A DNA stretch of 23,936 bases, from assembly GCA_049971805.1 (NCBI GenBank), contig JBMFKU010000019.1, forward strand, positions 1 to 23,936. Direction: 5' to 3'. The notes beneath the pieces were generated by a model that was not told the DNA's origin, made no database searches, and saw only the letters and a program-made list of their open reading frames with translations. Every line of letters starts with the position of its first letter. Within the stretch, counting starts at the first letter, position 1. Below, piece after piece: positions 1 through 8,981 of this stretch. Made by a program: the position numbers and the translations under genes. The DNA is from Caldisphaera sp. Lineage in GTDB: Archaea > Thermoproteota > Thermoprotei_A > Sulfolobales > Acidilobaceae.

Positions 1-298
1 CTGGTTCGTAAAGCCTTACTGCTGATCTTACATTATACCAGTTGCTCATGCCATTTATTGTTACTAAGAACTGCTTAACATACGATGGAGTTTCATTAAC
101 AGGAGATAGAACAACTATTGAGTTACTCTGATTTAATACGTATCTTTCATTATTACTTACATATATTACTTTAGGTAAGTTAACAACTGCATTACTATTG
201 AACCAGTTCGTTAAGGTGCCGTTTGGTAAAGCTATTTTTACATAGAACTGCTTAATATATGAAGGCTTTAATATGACAGAGATTATAAAGATAAAATA
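1..298 (-). pseudogene. 5'-truncated fragment of a repeat-containing cell-surface protein (resembles the C-terminal repeats of thermopsin-like/secreted crenarchaeal proteins); runs off the window edge
   Basis: Hand translation: 99 open codons from 298 to 2, YFIFIISVILKPSYIKQFYVKIALPNGTLTNWFNSNAVVNLPKVIYVSNNERYVLNQSNSIVVLSPVNETPSYVKQFLVTINGMSNWYNVRSAVRLYEP. Preceded by TAA (301-299) with no start codon until about position 50. Internal repeat PSY[IV]KQF.V.I..NG...NW[FY]N at a 59-codon spacing; N-x-S/T sequons (NGT, NQS, NET). Confidence 0.65.
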
Positions 299-380
299 TT
301 AAGAACTGTAATGCTTATATTTGACATTAACTAGATTTAGCATTAGAGTACAAAGTCAAAGTAATATGATTATAGCTTCA

Positions 381-1664
381 TTAATTCTCAACCTTGTTTT
401 TTAATAATTCAAGATATCTTGTATAGTATTTATCTGCCTCAGATAAGAGGTCTTCATATCTGGCCTCGCTTATTTTTAGCTCTCCAAACCTTGACTGTAT
501 AAATCTAGCTACTTCCCTAGGCATTGCCTCTATAAGAAGCCTCCACGATACTTTCCTCATGTACTTAGGTAAAATCAAGTTGTTTCTCTTTGCATACCTT
601 GTTACTTGGTCTTTGTTTATGTGTCTAGGAGAGATATTTTCTATTAATTTTAAGGTATTGTTGCTTAAATAGACCCAATCGCATGGTTTGTTCCCTTCCC
701 TTAATCCCAAGTAATACCTAGAAAATGATGAAAGCTTTAAAAGCCTCTTTGTTACAAATTCATCAATTTCTACTTCCTCTTCTGGATTCCACGTTTCAAT
801 CAATTTTAATGCGTGGTCCCTCCTTATTCCAGACTCTAACATTAGCCTGTAAATTACATAATAAACTTCATGTTTTTCCCTTAAAAAATCAAGTGTTGAT
901 TTAACGTCTTCTATCTTTATTTGATACGGCCTAACGCTTAAATTATAGCTCCTTGATGGTACGGCCTCCATTATCCAGCCAAATGTTTCAGGGCTTACCT
1001 TTCTCTTTAAATAAAGGTATTGAATATAGTGCCTAAACACATTTCTCAACCACTTGCTTTCATGGTTTGTCACATAATCAACAAGTTTTTCGTTAAGCTC
1101 CTTTCCCCTTAAGTATTTATTAAAAAGGCTTTTGTAATAATTAAGTGTCTCCTCCGTCTTTACCTTTTTTCTTCTCTTCCTTTCTGAAAGGAAGGTTTCA
1201 AAGTCTTTATCCCATTCCATCTTTACGTTTGACAAACTTATCCCTAACATCTTCCTTAATTCTTCCTTGTATTCCTTAACAACATAAGTAAGCAAGGCAT
1301 TTCTCAAATATTCATCCCTAGAGGCCAAGGCCAAAATTTTTAATGCTAAAGAATAGTTAATTATGTCCCCTTTTACAATGTTTAATGCCTTTAGTTTATC
1401 CCATTCCCCAACTATATTATCAAACTCTTCCTTATTAAGCAATTTAAGGGCTTTTTCAACAACTTCATCAGGCACCTTTCTCTGCTTAGATAGATACCTG
1501 TGCATGCTTGACTTAGCAATATTTAATGCTTTGCATGTCTCATTAAAGCCTATCTTGTCTTTTATGGAATTTAAAATGTTAAACCTAACATCATCGTCTA
1601 GCGCATTTAAACTAACCTTGTTGTACCACTCTTCATTTTCGATTTCTTCTCTTATTTCATTCAT
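381..1664 (-). CDS. Archaeal tyrosine recombinase/integrase with N-terminal HTH domain
   Basis: Catalytic signature LMLESGIR (R), PKYMRK (KxxR), FIQSR (R), EARY (Y), as in SSV1-like archaeal integrase C-terminal domains. N-terminal XRE-like HTH (GFNETCKALNIAKSSMHRYLS). RBS GAGGA at 1679-1675. Next to a tRNA. Confidence 0.9.
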   Translation of the reverse strand: MNEIREEIENEEWYNKVSLNALDDDVRFNILNSIKDKIGFNETCKALNIAKSSMHRYLSKQRKVPDEVVEKALKLLNKEEFDNIVGEWDKLKALNIVKGDIINYSLALKILALASRDEYLRNALLTYVVKEYKEELRKMLGISLSNVKMEWDKDFETFLSERKRRKKVKTEETLNYYKSLFNKYLRGKELNEKLVDYVTNHESKWLRNVFRHYIQYLYLKRKVSPETFGWIMEAVPSRSYNLSVRPYQIKIEDVKSTLDFLREKHEVYYVIYRLMLESGIRRDHALKLIETWNPEEEVEIDEFVTKRLLKLSSFSRYYLGLREGNKPCDWVYLSNNTLKLIENISPRHINKDQVTRYAKRNNLILPKYMRKVSWRLLIEAMPREVARFIQSRFGELKISEARYEDLLSEADKYYTRYLELLKNKVEN

Positions 1665-1760
1665 GAGTTCCCAGTCCTCTCATAAATCGGGAACCATAAC
1701 CAGTTGATATAAACCTGAATAACAGAGTTTAAAAGTTTATATGAAATTTATGACTTGAAG

Positions 1761-1845
1761 CGCCGCGGGCGGGATTTGAACCCGCGCGGGGAGTAACCCC
1801 ATCGGCTTAGCAGGCCGACGCCCTACCGGGCTGGGCGACCGCGGC
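1761..1845 (-). tRNA. tRNA-Ser(GCT), intron-less, CCA not encoded
   Basis: Reverse complement GCCGCGG..CCGCGGC-G acceptor stem with discriminator G; anticodon arm TCGGC-CT GCT AA-GCCGA; long variable arm GGGG-TTACT-CCCC; T-loop GTTCAAATC; followed by CTT, not CCA. Confidence 0.97.
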
Positions 1846-1871
1846 TCCTCGTTTTTCTTTATCTTTTTGCC

Positions 1872-1884
1872 CTTTTAACCTTTG
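1872..1884 (-). promoter_or_regulatory. BRE/TATA-like promoter of tRNA-Ser
   Basis: Minus-strand CAAAGGTTAAAAG about 27-39 nt upstream of the mature tRNA 5' end, the typical archaeal spacing. Confidence 0.55.
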
Positions 1885-1983
1885 CATGATTCAATTTTTA
1901 TTAATTTTTAGAAAAATTAATAAAAGGAATAATTTATCTGTTTTTAAATTGTGGCAATTATTTATAGTATTGGGTGTGCTTGT

Positions 1984-3084
1984 GTGTATGAAATAAGAAC
2001 AGTTACGGTTCATTATGGAAAAACGAATTTTCCAGATATTTACTATTTTAAAAAGGAGATTGAGGGGTTTTTATCTAAAATTGAAGAAGCAATAGATGAT
2101 TATAAAAATAGCTATAATATTAAACCTACATATCTAAGAATTTCATTCCCAAATCCGATTTTTTATGATGAGATAGAAGAGGAAACTAAGCAATTAGAGG
2201 AGTTTACAGATAGGTTTGCAATCAATTTAGGTCAGATATCATCAGATTATGACAAACTGGAAGACATAATTAAGGAAATTGCTAGCGATGGTATGTATGC
2301 TTCAATACTCTTGGAAAGAAGTGATTGGGAAACAGCAATAAAGATTTCAAAGGCTTTGCATAGTTTGGTTTTATCATATCCTGTATATGGAACTAATATA
2401 GGAATAAATACTTTAAATAAAAAATATTTCGTTACACCATATTATCCCTTGGCCTCAGCAATTCCAGGTAAAATAAGTGTTTCGACAGCCTTAACCTATC
2501 CAAATTATTTGAGAGATTCCTTTATTAAAAATGGGTTTAATGGATTAAAAGATGCTATATATCAAGCTGGTAAGGTCGCAGAAGATTTGGGAAATTATGT
2601 TGCAAATCATTTAAATATTGGCTATGAAGGAGTAGATTTAAGCGTGTCACCATGGATGGAAGAATCAAGCCTTGGTTTAGTCGAAATGGTTTCATCAACT
2701 AGAATGCCAAAGCCTGGATTTGCCAATGGTTTAAGAAAAGTTAATGAATCAATCATCGAGGTTTCAGAAAAGATTAAGACAACGGGTTTTAATGAAGTCA
2801 TGTTACCTGTTGCCGAGGATTCTAAGCTTAAAGCAAGGGTATCTGAAGGAGAAGTTAAAGCAAGGGATTTAGTTATGTATAGTGGCGTTTGCTTAGCAGG
2901 TCTTGATTTAGCTGTTGTGCCTTCAGACATCAATGGTGTTGCAGGTCTGATTTTAGATACATCTGCATATGCTAGGACAAAAAACAGAGTTTTGGGAGTT
3001 AGAATAATACCAGTTGATAGTGTTGATCCAGGAGATAAGATAGACTTAGGCAAGTTCGGGGAAACTCCTGTAATCGGTATCTAG
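1984..3084 (+). CDS. DUF711 (PFL-like, UPF0210) family protein
   Basis: Motifs EIRTVT, TPYYP, GVDLSVSPW, GFNEVMLPVAED, YSGVCLAGLD, LGVRIIP. Start placed at GTG 1984 after a GGGTG RBS (ORF track begins at 1951). Confidence 0.8.
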   Translation: MYEIRTVTVHYGKTNFPDIYYFKKEIEGFLSKIEEAIDDYKNSYNIKPTYLRISFPNPIFYDEIEEETKQLEEFTDRFAINLGQISSDYDKLEDIIKEIASDGMYASILLERSDWETAIKISKALHSLVLSYPVYGTNIGINTLNKKYFVTPYYPLASAIPGKISVSTALTYPNYLRDSFIKNGFNGLKDAIYQAGKVAEDLGNYVANHLNIGYEGVDLSVSPWMEESSLGLVEMVSSTRMPKPGFANGLRKVNESIIEVSEKIKTTGFNEVMLPVAEDSKLKARVSEGEVKARDLVMYSGVCLAGLDLAVVPSDINGVAGLILDTSAYARTKNRVLGVRIIPVDSVDPGDKIDLGKFGETPVIGI

Positions 3085-4014
3085 TATTGAAACCCCTGGT
3101 GCTGGCTCAGAAATTTTAGCATCTGCCTTAATACCGAATTTTTCATAAGTTTTTAATCCAATTTCTATCAGTTCACCTGCTTTATTTTGATCAATTAAAG
3201 ATATTATTGATGGACCTGCTCCACTAATTGCAACACCATAAGCACCATTTTCTATTAAATTCTTTTTTAAATCATTAAAGCAAGGTATAGCCTTTGCTCT
3301 AGAGTTTGTTACTATAATATCATTCATTGCTTTTCCTGCAGTTTTTAGATCATTATTTAATAAGGATGATATTAATAATGCCATATTGGATAGATCTTTT
3401 ACGTGATCTTCAAAGCTAACATTTAAAGGTAGTAGAGATCTCATTTTTTTGGTCTTGTTTTCGATAAATGGTACTTCGGGCTTAAATATTAAAAATTTAG
3501 CATTAACATTAAATTTATATACATGTATTTTATTTTCTATATTGCCAACAACAACAAATCCACCAAGCATTGATGCTGATACATTATCATAGTGAGGCAC
3601 GCCCGCTGAAGCAGTTTCACCATAACCAGCAAATCTTATCATTTCTCCAATGCTTAATTCTAGATCTAAAAGCTTTGTTAGGCCATAAACAGCAGCTGAG
3701 GCACTTGCCCCACTACCTCCTAGTCCTGATGATACAGGTATCCCTTTCCAAATCTTTAAACTAATATCATAGTTATTTATCTTCAATTCATTAATTAAAT
3801 TTTCAATTGCAATTAATGCGCTATTTTTATCATTAACATATTTGGAATAGGGTCCAACTACCTTTTTTGTTTCAATATTCCCACTTCCCTTCTTAATACT
3901 TATCGATACTATATCATAATAAGAGGTATGCGCAACTGATAAAATATCGAAGCCTGGTCCTAAATTTGCTGAGCTGGAATATGCCTTTGCCCACAGTTCT
4001 TCCAATCTATGCAC
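3046..4014 (-). CDS. thrB: Homoserine kinase (GHMP kinase family)
   Basis: SSANLGPGFD, GIPVSSGLGGSGAS (GHMP ATP loop), HYDNV, ISGAGPS. Confidence 0.9.
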   Translation of the reverse strand: MHRLEELWAKAYSSSANLGPGFDILSVAHTSYYDIVSISIKKGSGNIETKKVVGPYSKYVNDKNSALIAIENLINELKINNYDISLKIWKGIPVSSGLGGSGASASAAVYGLTKLLDLELSIGEMIRFAGYGETASAGVPHYDNVSASMLGGFVVVGNIENKIHVYKFNVNAKFLIFKPEVPFIENKTKKMRSLLPLNVSFEDHVKDLSNMALLISSLLNNDLKTAGKAMNDIIVTNSRAKAIPCFNDLKKNLIENGAYGVAISGAGPSIISLIDQNKAGELIEIGLKTYEKFGIKADAKISEPAPGVSILDTDYRSFPELA

Positions 4015-4059
4015 CCTATGTTTTTAAAATAAGTATAAATTAAAGCATTAATGAAATTA

Positions 4060-5781
4060 TTAAGAAAACCTAATTATTTTTGCATCAGATAAATAACTAA
4101 ATACTTCCCTTAAATCTTCCTTATCAACATGCTTTCTTCCATACTCAGCAGTTAAAATAGTTAAAATATCCTTTACTGGTAGGTTAGACAAATATAGAGC
4201 CTCTCTTAAATAAACCGTTGTGCTTAGTTCGTCTTTGTTTAGAATTTTGGCAATTTTTATAGCGGAATCAAAATTATTTTTAGCTATTGCTCTTAGCTCG
4301 ATCATAGGTGGTTTTTCCTTTACTATTTGATCTCCATCAGTTTTCCAATCGCTGGGTAACGGATCGCTCTTTAAATTAAATTTACTTGCAAGTGCAGACT
4401 TTGCCAATTTAGCTGATAATATATCTTCATTTGATAAATGATTAAAAACAAGCTCATTTAAAAAATAGTTATAGAAATTCTCGTTGCTTATTTCTGTTGA
4501 TGACAGTGAAAAAATGGCTAACGAAGCCGATGAAGAAGAAACTTTTATCATATTCCTAGAAACCCTATTAATATCGTCTAGATCAGTATGATATGCATAG
4601 TCAGGCCATTGATTAAGCATTACAGATGGTATGTTATATGCTATAGATACATCGTGATCGCTTCCACCATCGTATGGAATTACTTTATATCTGTTGAAGC
4701 CCATTTTTCTGGCAATTAAAGAAAATGCGTAAAATAATGATGAGCTAGAATTTGAAATAAAAGAGGCGCTATTATTAACTATCCTTAGAGGTCCATTATT
4801 TTCATCAGGATATACTCCAACCATGTCTAAATTTATGGTTTCTGTTATTAAATTAGACAATTTGCTTCCAAAAATAACGGAGCTACCAGTATATTCTGGG
4901 AATAAAATAAACCTAATCGTTTTTTCTGGGGATTTTATTTCTCCTTTTGATATAAGCTCCGATAAAGTTAATGCAGATTCAATTACTGAAATAGATCCGC
5001 TTCCATTATCGTTTGCTCCTGGACTTGGATGGCACATGTGAGCGATTAATGCTGGACCTTTTGAATTTTTATCTCCAATCCAAGATAAAATAAATGGAAA
5101 TCCTGGATCCTTTTTAACATCCGCATCTAAATAAATAGATATTTCTTTTCCTTCTATGTTGTTTATCAAATAATTAGGTATAGAAACAGCTGGTATGGTA
5201 TATTTGCTTGCCTCTTCTCTGCTTAAAAACAACGATTTATAGGGTACAGCATTTGGAGGAGCATTTTTTGAATATAATCCAACTCCTATTGCATTATTTT
5301 CTGCTGCCATCCTATATATCATATAAGAATTTCCATCAGCTATTACAATTTTACCGCTTGCTTTTTTGTATTCTTCATAGTTTGTCCAATCCTTTATTAA
5401 TATTGCTTCACCAGTTATCTTTCCATTGCTTGAAGGACTATGAGCAACAGCTAGAGTTGGGTGCTGCCTACTGTTAAATTCCACATTACCTATTTTAACC
5501 CATGTTATTCTATGTATCCAACCTGTTGGAGCGCCAATCCATTCAGGAACAGAAGTGCCGCCAAACTTTATTAGCTCAGCTTCCAAATATTCTGAAGAAT
5601 TTTCTATAATTTGATCGACCAGAAATTTTGCAGCATCTAAAATTTCAAAGCTTCCTTGTATTCTACTAAATTTAGTAAAGTTGGATAGCAATCTCATTGC
5701 TCTATAATCGTTTGTGTAGTTTAATATTTTGCTTGAGGTGCCGCTCATGAACTCTAAATCCTTTTCCAAATTAATCCCCAA
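4060..5781 (-). CDS. M28-family Zn aminopeptidase with PA-like insert (DUF4910 type)
   Basis: AHMCHPSPGANDNGSG, PEYTG, NLDMVG, GSDHD and YHTDLD metal-ligand motifs; N-terminal FSRIQGS. Confidence 0.82.
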   Translation of the reverse strand: MGINLEKDLEFMSGTSSKILNYTNDYRAMRLLSNFTKFSRIQGSFEILDAAKFLVDQIIENSSEYLEAELIKFGGTSVPEWIGAPTGWIHRITWVKIGNVEFNSRQHPTLAVAHSPSSNGKITGEAILIKDWTNYEEYKKASGKIVIADGNSYMIYRMAAENNAIGVGLYSKNAPPNAVPYKSLFLSREEASKYTIPAVSIPNYLINNIEGKEISIYLDADVKKDPGFPFILSWIGDKNSKGPALIAHMCHPSPGANDNGSGSISVIESALTLSELISKGEIKSPEKTIRFILFPEYTGSSVIFGSKLSNLITETINLDMVGVYPDENNGPLRIVNNSASFISNSSSSLFYAFSLIARKMGFNRYKVIPYDGGSDHDVSIAYNIPSVMLNQWPDYAYHTDLDDINRVSRNMIKVSSSSASLAIFSLSSTEISNENFYNYFLNELVFNHLSNEDILSAKLAKSALASKFNLKSDPLPSDWKTDGDQIVKEKPPMIELRAIAKNNFDSAIKIAKILNKDELSTTVYLREALYLSNLPVKDILTILTAEYGRKHVDKEDLREVFSYLSDAKIIRFS

Positions 5782-5870
5782 TTTAAGTATATAAGTTAGA
5801 ATTATTAATTATTTTATTAAAAATGGTAGTTTAATAAGTTTAAAAAACAAATAATAAATGAGGGACAAAC

Positions 5871-7217
5871 ATGGTACTTGATGGAATTAGAAATGCAGTT
5901 ACAAAGTTTCTAAAAGGGGGGAGTACATATAAGGATTCTGTAGAAGAATTCATAAAAGATTTGCAGAGAGAACTAATAAGATCTGATGTTAACATAAAAG
6001 TTGTAAAGGAATTGAGTGAAAATATAAGAAAACAGGCATTAGAAGAAGAACCTCCTTCGGGTATCAGTAGAAAAGAATGGTTTATTAAAGTGGTATATGA
6101 TCAGTTAAGCAATTTGTTTGGAGGAGATAAAAGCCCTGAAACAAATCCTACAAAATTTCCATGGATTATACTTTTAGTTGGAGTCCAGGGCTCTGGAAAA
6201 ACTACAACTGCAGGAAAGCTTGCACATTATTATAGCAAGAGAGGATATAAAGTGGGTTTAGTTGCAGCAGACACATATAGACCTGGAGCTTATGAGCAGT
6301 TAAAGACATTGTCTATAATGGGTAGCGCAATGTTTTATGGAGACCAGAAAAATGATAAGGCTGAAGATATAGCAAAAAAAGGTATTAATGAATTAAAAGA
6401 AAAAGGGGCAGAAATTATAATTGTTGATACAGCAGGTAGGCATGGTTATGGTAATGAAAGAAAATTGCTGGAAGAAATGAAAAATATTTCAGATAAAATT
6501 AAACCTGATGAAGTTATATTGGTATTAGATGCCTCGATTGGCCAAAAGGCTTATGATTTAGCTAGACAATTTCATGAAGTTACACCAATAGGATCTATAA
6601 TAGTTACAAAACTAGATGGAACAGCTAAAGGTGGTGGAGTTCTATCTGCAATAGCTGTAACAGGAGCAAGAGTGAAATTCATTGGAACAGGCGAAAAAAT
6701 AGATGAATTAGAGCCTTTTAACCCGACAAAATTTGTATCGAGGTTGTTAGGATTAGGGGATTTAGAGTCATTGTTAGAAAAGATAAAGTCTGCACAAGAG
6801 GTAATTAATGTAGAAAAGATTGAAGAAGATATATCTAAAGGAAAAATTAATATGAGAACTCTATATGCACAGCTAAAGAGTTTGAGAAAAATGGGGCCTT
6901 TTAGTAAAATAATGCAAATGCTTCCGACGTCTTCTCTACCAGTTCAGGTAAAAGATGAGCAATTAAAAGTTGGCGAAGAAAAGGTAGATAAATGGTTACA
7001 TATAATAGAAAGCATGACTTACGAAGAATTAGACTATCCTGAAATAATTGACAGGAAGAGAATGAAAAGGATTGCATTGGGTAGTGGAACAAGTATAGAA
7101 GATGTTAAAGAATTATTAGCCTATTACAAAAACATTAAAACCTTAATGAAAAGAATTAGAAGGGACAGAAGTATTTTAAAGAGGCTTGGATTGCAAAATG
7201 ACCTTGAGCAAGATTAA
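5871..7217 (+). CDS. srp54: Signal recognition particle 54 kDa protein
   Basis: GVQGSGKTT, DTYRPGA, DTAGRH and TKLDGTAKGGG GTPase motifs; M domain SMTYEE..RMKRIALGSG. Confidence 0.97.
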   Translation: MVLDGIRNAVTKFLKGGSTYKDSVEEFIKDLQRELIRSDVNIKVVKELSENIRKQALEEEPPSGISRKEWFIKVVYDQLSNLFGGDKSPETNPTKFPWIILLVGVQGSGKTTTAGKLAHYYSKRGYKVGLVAADTYRPGAYEQLKTLSIMGSAMFYGDQKNDKAEDIAKKGINELKEKGAEIIIVDTAGRHGYGNERKLLEEMKNISDKIKPDEVILVLDASIGQKAYDLARQFHEVTPIGSIIVTKLDGTAKGGGVLSAIAVTGARVKFIGTGEKIDELEPFNPTKFVSRLLGLGDLESLLEKIKSAQEVINVEKIEEDISKGKINMRTLYAQLKSLRKMGPFSKIMQMLPTSSLPVQVKDEQLKVGEEKVDKWLHIIESMTYEELDYPEIIDRKRMKRIALGSGTSIEDVKELLAYYKNIKTLMKRIRRDRSILKRLGLQNDLEQD

Positions 7218-7519
7218 AATTGAGGAGCATTTTTACCCTTAGTTATAACTATTTCTATGGATGTAACATTTCTTTTATTTCCTTTTTCATCTAATAGTTC
7301 CTCATCAAATATGTTTAAGCTCTTTAGACCTATATCTTTAGAATATGTATTTCTTAAGTATTCTACCATATCAACGGCTTTGCAAATATTTCTTCCTCTT
7401 GCCTTTATTTTTATTTCCTCTGCATTCTCATGATTAAATAACCTTATTGCCACCAATACATAGTTCATTAATGGTCTCTTACCAATAAATACAGTATTCG
7501 GCTGAGCATTTTCTGACAT
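7214..7519 (-). CDS. alba: Alba (Sac10b family) DNA/RNA-binding protein, probably an Alba2-type paralogue
   Basis: VFIGKRPLMNYV, KARGRNICKAVD, NVTSIEIVI. Start at ATG 7519 after a GGTGA RBS. Confidence 0.9.
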   Translation of the reverse strand: MSENAQPNTVFIGKRPLMNYVLVAIRLFNHENAEEIKIKARGRNICKAVDMVEYLRNTYSKDIGLKSLNIFDEELLDEKGNKRNVTSIEIVITKGKNAPQF

Positions 7520-7623
7520 ATATATCACCATGTAATAATGTAGGAAGAGAATATTAAAGTATTTCTTATTTTATTAATTTAATTGACCTTATTCACGATT
7601 AAAGAGCATGGTTTCTTATTAAT

Positions 7624-8235
7624 TTAATATTTATTTCTTATTAATATTTCCCAAATTATTGAAATCAATATCAATGCAACACCAATTATTATCCCATTTT
7701 CTAAGGATATTCTTCCATAACCTATAACTTTAAAGCTTTCACTAATTAAAGCCGTTGAAGAATTTGGAAATGCCAAAACAACAAGACTTTCCTCAGGATT
7801 TAATTTCATTGTTATTATATAGCTGTTACCTACCCTTTGAGCATTTTTAACCAAACCTTGAAAGGCCTCCTCTGCTGTAATAGGATTTCCTTGCATTCCC
7901 GTTACAACAAAATATACACCGGTTTGAGAGTCTGTATGGGAGATTGTATTTACTGTTTTTAATCCAAGTCCACCAGCTTCGCTAAGTAGAGTTAATGGAT
8001 TCCCAGTTAGATTTAAGTACATTGCTTGAGATACTCCAGTAATGTTTATATTTGCATATCCAGAGCCAGTGGGTAAAATTGCAGCTAGAATTGCTGGAGT
8101 ATTACTCGTATCATAGCCTATGCTCCAAGAGGATTGTGTTTTTATACCATATTCTGCAGCAAAGGCAGTTGCAACTATTAAAGATATTGCTATCGCAAAT
8201 AAAATTCTTGGCCAGATTTTTTTAAACCACCTCAT
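7624..8235 (-). CDS. Membrane-anchored/exported hypothetical protein, third gene of the ABC operon
   Basis: N-terminal signal/TM segment, C-terminal TM followed by RNKY, N-glycosylation sequons (NIT, NLT, NSS). TAATG coupling with the permease. Confidence 0.75.
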   Translation of the reverse strand: MRWFKKIWPRILFAIAISLIVATAFAAEYGIKTQSSWSIGYDTSNTPAILAAILPTGSGYANINITGVSQAMYLNLTGNPLTLLSEAGGLGLKTVNTISHTDSQTGVYFVVTGMQGNPITAEEAFQGLVKNAQRVGNSYIITMKLNPEESLVVLAFPNSSTALISESFKVIGYGRISLENGIIIGVALILISIIWEILIRNKY

Positions 8236-8981
8236 TATGGTTCATACCTCCTTATAAAATATAACAAATAGGACACAAATAGTATGATGAAAATTGTAGG
8301 AACTATTAATATTTCCCAAACAGGAGTTGAAATTTTATTTAATATGTCATAGACTACATTATAAATTCCCATAGCGTTAGCTATTTTAGTTAAAACTGCT
8401 ATGTTATCTAGATTTCCTATTAATGATAAAATTAAGCTTGATGCTGTATAACCAAAGTAACCTGTTATACTAATTACAGCAGCAGTTCCTGTGCTTTTAG
8501 TTTTATTAGCGGTCAAGACAAATATGGACCCATAAAGCTGTGCTTGCAATAAATAAGCCAACCACATAACAAAGAATTCAAATATATTTTTATCTATAAC
8601 TGGGTATAGCATTACACCAGATACTATTGCAGGTATACCTAATAACATTATTGAGGGTAAAAAGACCCTAGTCAAATATAATACAATTGCTGTATTTCTC
8701 CTAGATATAGGATAAGTTAAATAGAGAGGCATAACACCTGTTTGTACCAAATTAACAACATCTGATGATGCTCTAAGAGCTAGGTATAATGAAGTTACAA
8801 ATAAGGTTGCTCCTAATACTGCATTTGCAACTGCTGGAGGGGTTGTCACAGGCTCTAATACAGATAAAATACCGCTCATAGCTCCTACTAATATAAGCAT
8901 GATATCAAATCCAGGAGGTCTGAGGGAATCCCACAGATCAACTAGTATAAGCTCCCATGATTTTTTAAAAGACATTTTCAC
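8235..8981 (-). CDS. ABC-2 type transporter permease
   Basis: About six hydrophobic segments; TGVMPLYLTYPISR motif typical of ABC-2 permeases; GTGA overlap with the ATPase stop. Confidence 0.85.
   Translation of the reverse strand: MKMSFKKSWELILVDLWDSLRPPGFDIMLILVGAMSGILSVLEPVTTPPAVANAVLGATLFVTSLYLALRASSDVVNLVQTGVMPLYLTYPISRRNTAIVLYLTRVFLPSIMLLGIPAIVSGVMLYPVIDKNIFEFFVMWLAYLLQAQLYGSIFVLTANKTKSTGTAAVISITGYFGYTASSLILSLIGNLDNIAVLTKIANAMGIYNVVYDILNKISTPVWEILIVPTIFIILFVSYLLYFIRRYEP

Larger units (their letters stand above)
1..1760. mobile_element. tRNA-proximal end of an integrated element/genomic island (extends left beyond the window)
   Basis: Tyrosine integrase starts about 100 bp downstream of the tRNA-Ser 3' end, in the same orientation, followed by a gene fragment. 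The second att copy is not in the window. Confidence 0.7.

Noticed and set aside
67-312. Recurring AGAACTG(C/T) motif at 67, 244 and 302 as a CRISPR or att repeat
   Set aside because: Too short and irregularly spaced; the 67/244 pair is explained by a protein repeat (KQF codons).
1363-1707. 114-aa + strand ORF
   Set aside because: Antisense shadow of the integrase; Ser/Phe/Leu-rich with no motif.
1665-1845. int(N)/int(C) partition with the reading frame running through the tRNA
   Set aside because: In-frame TGA at 1682-1680, and a separate promoter and RBS lie between the tRNA and the integrase.
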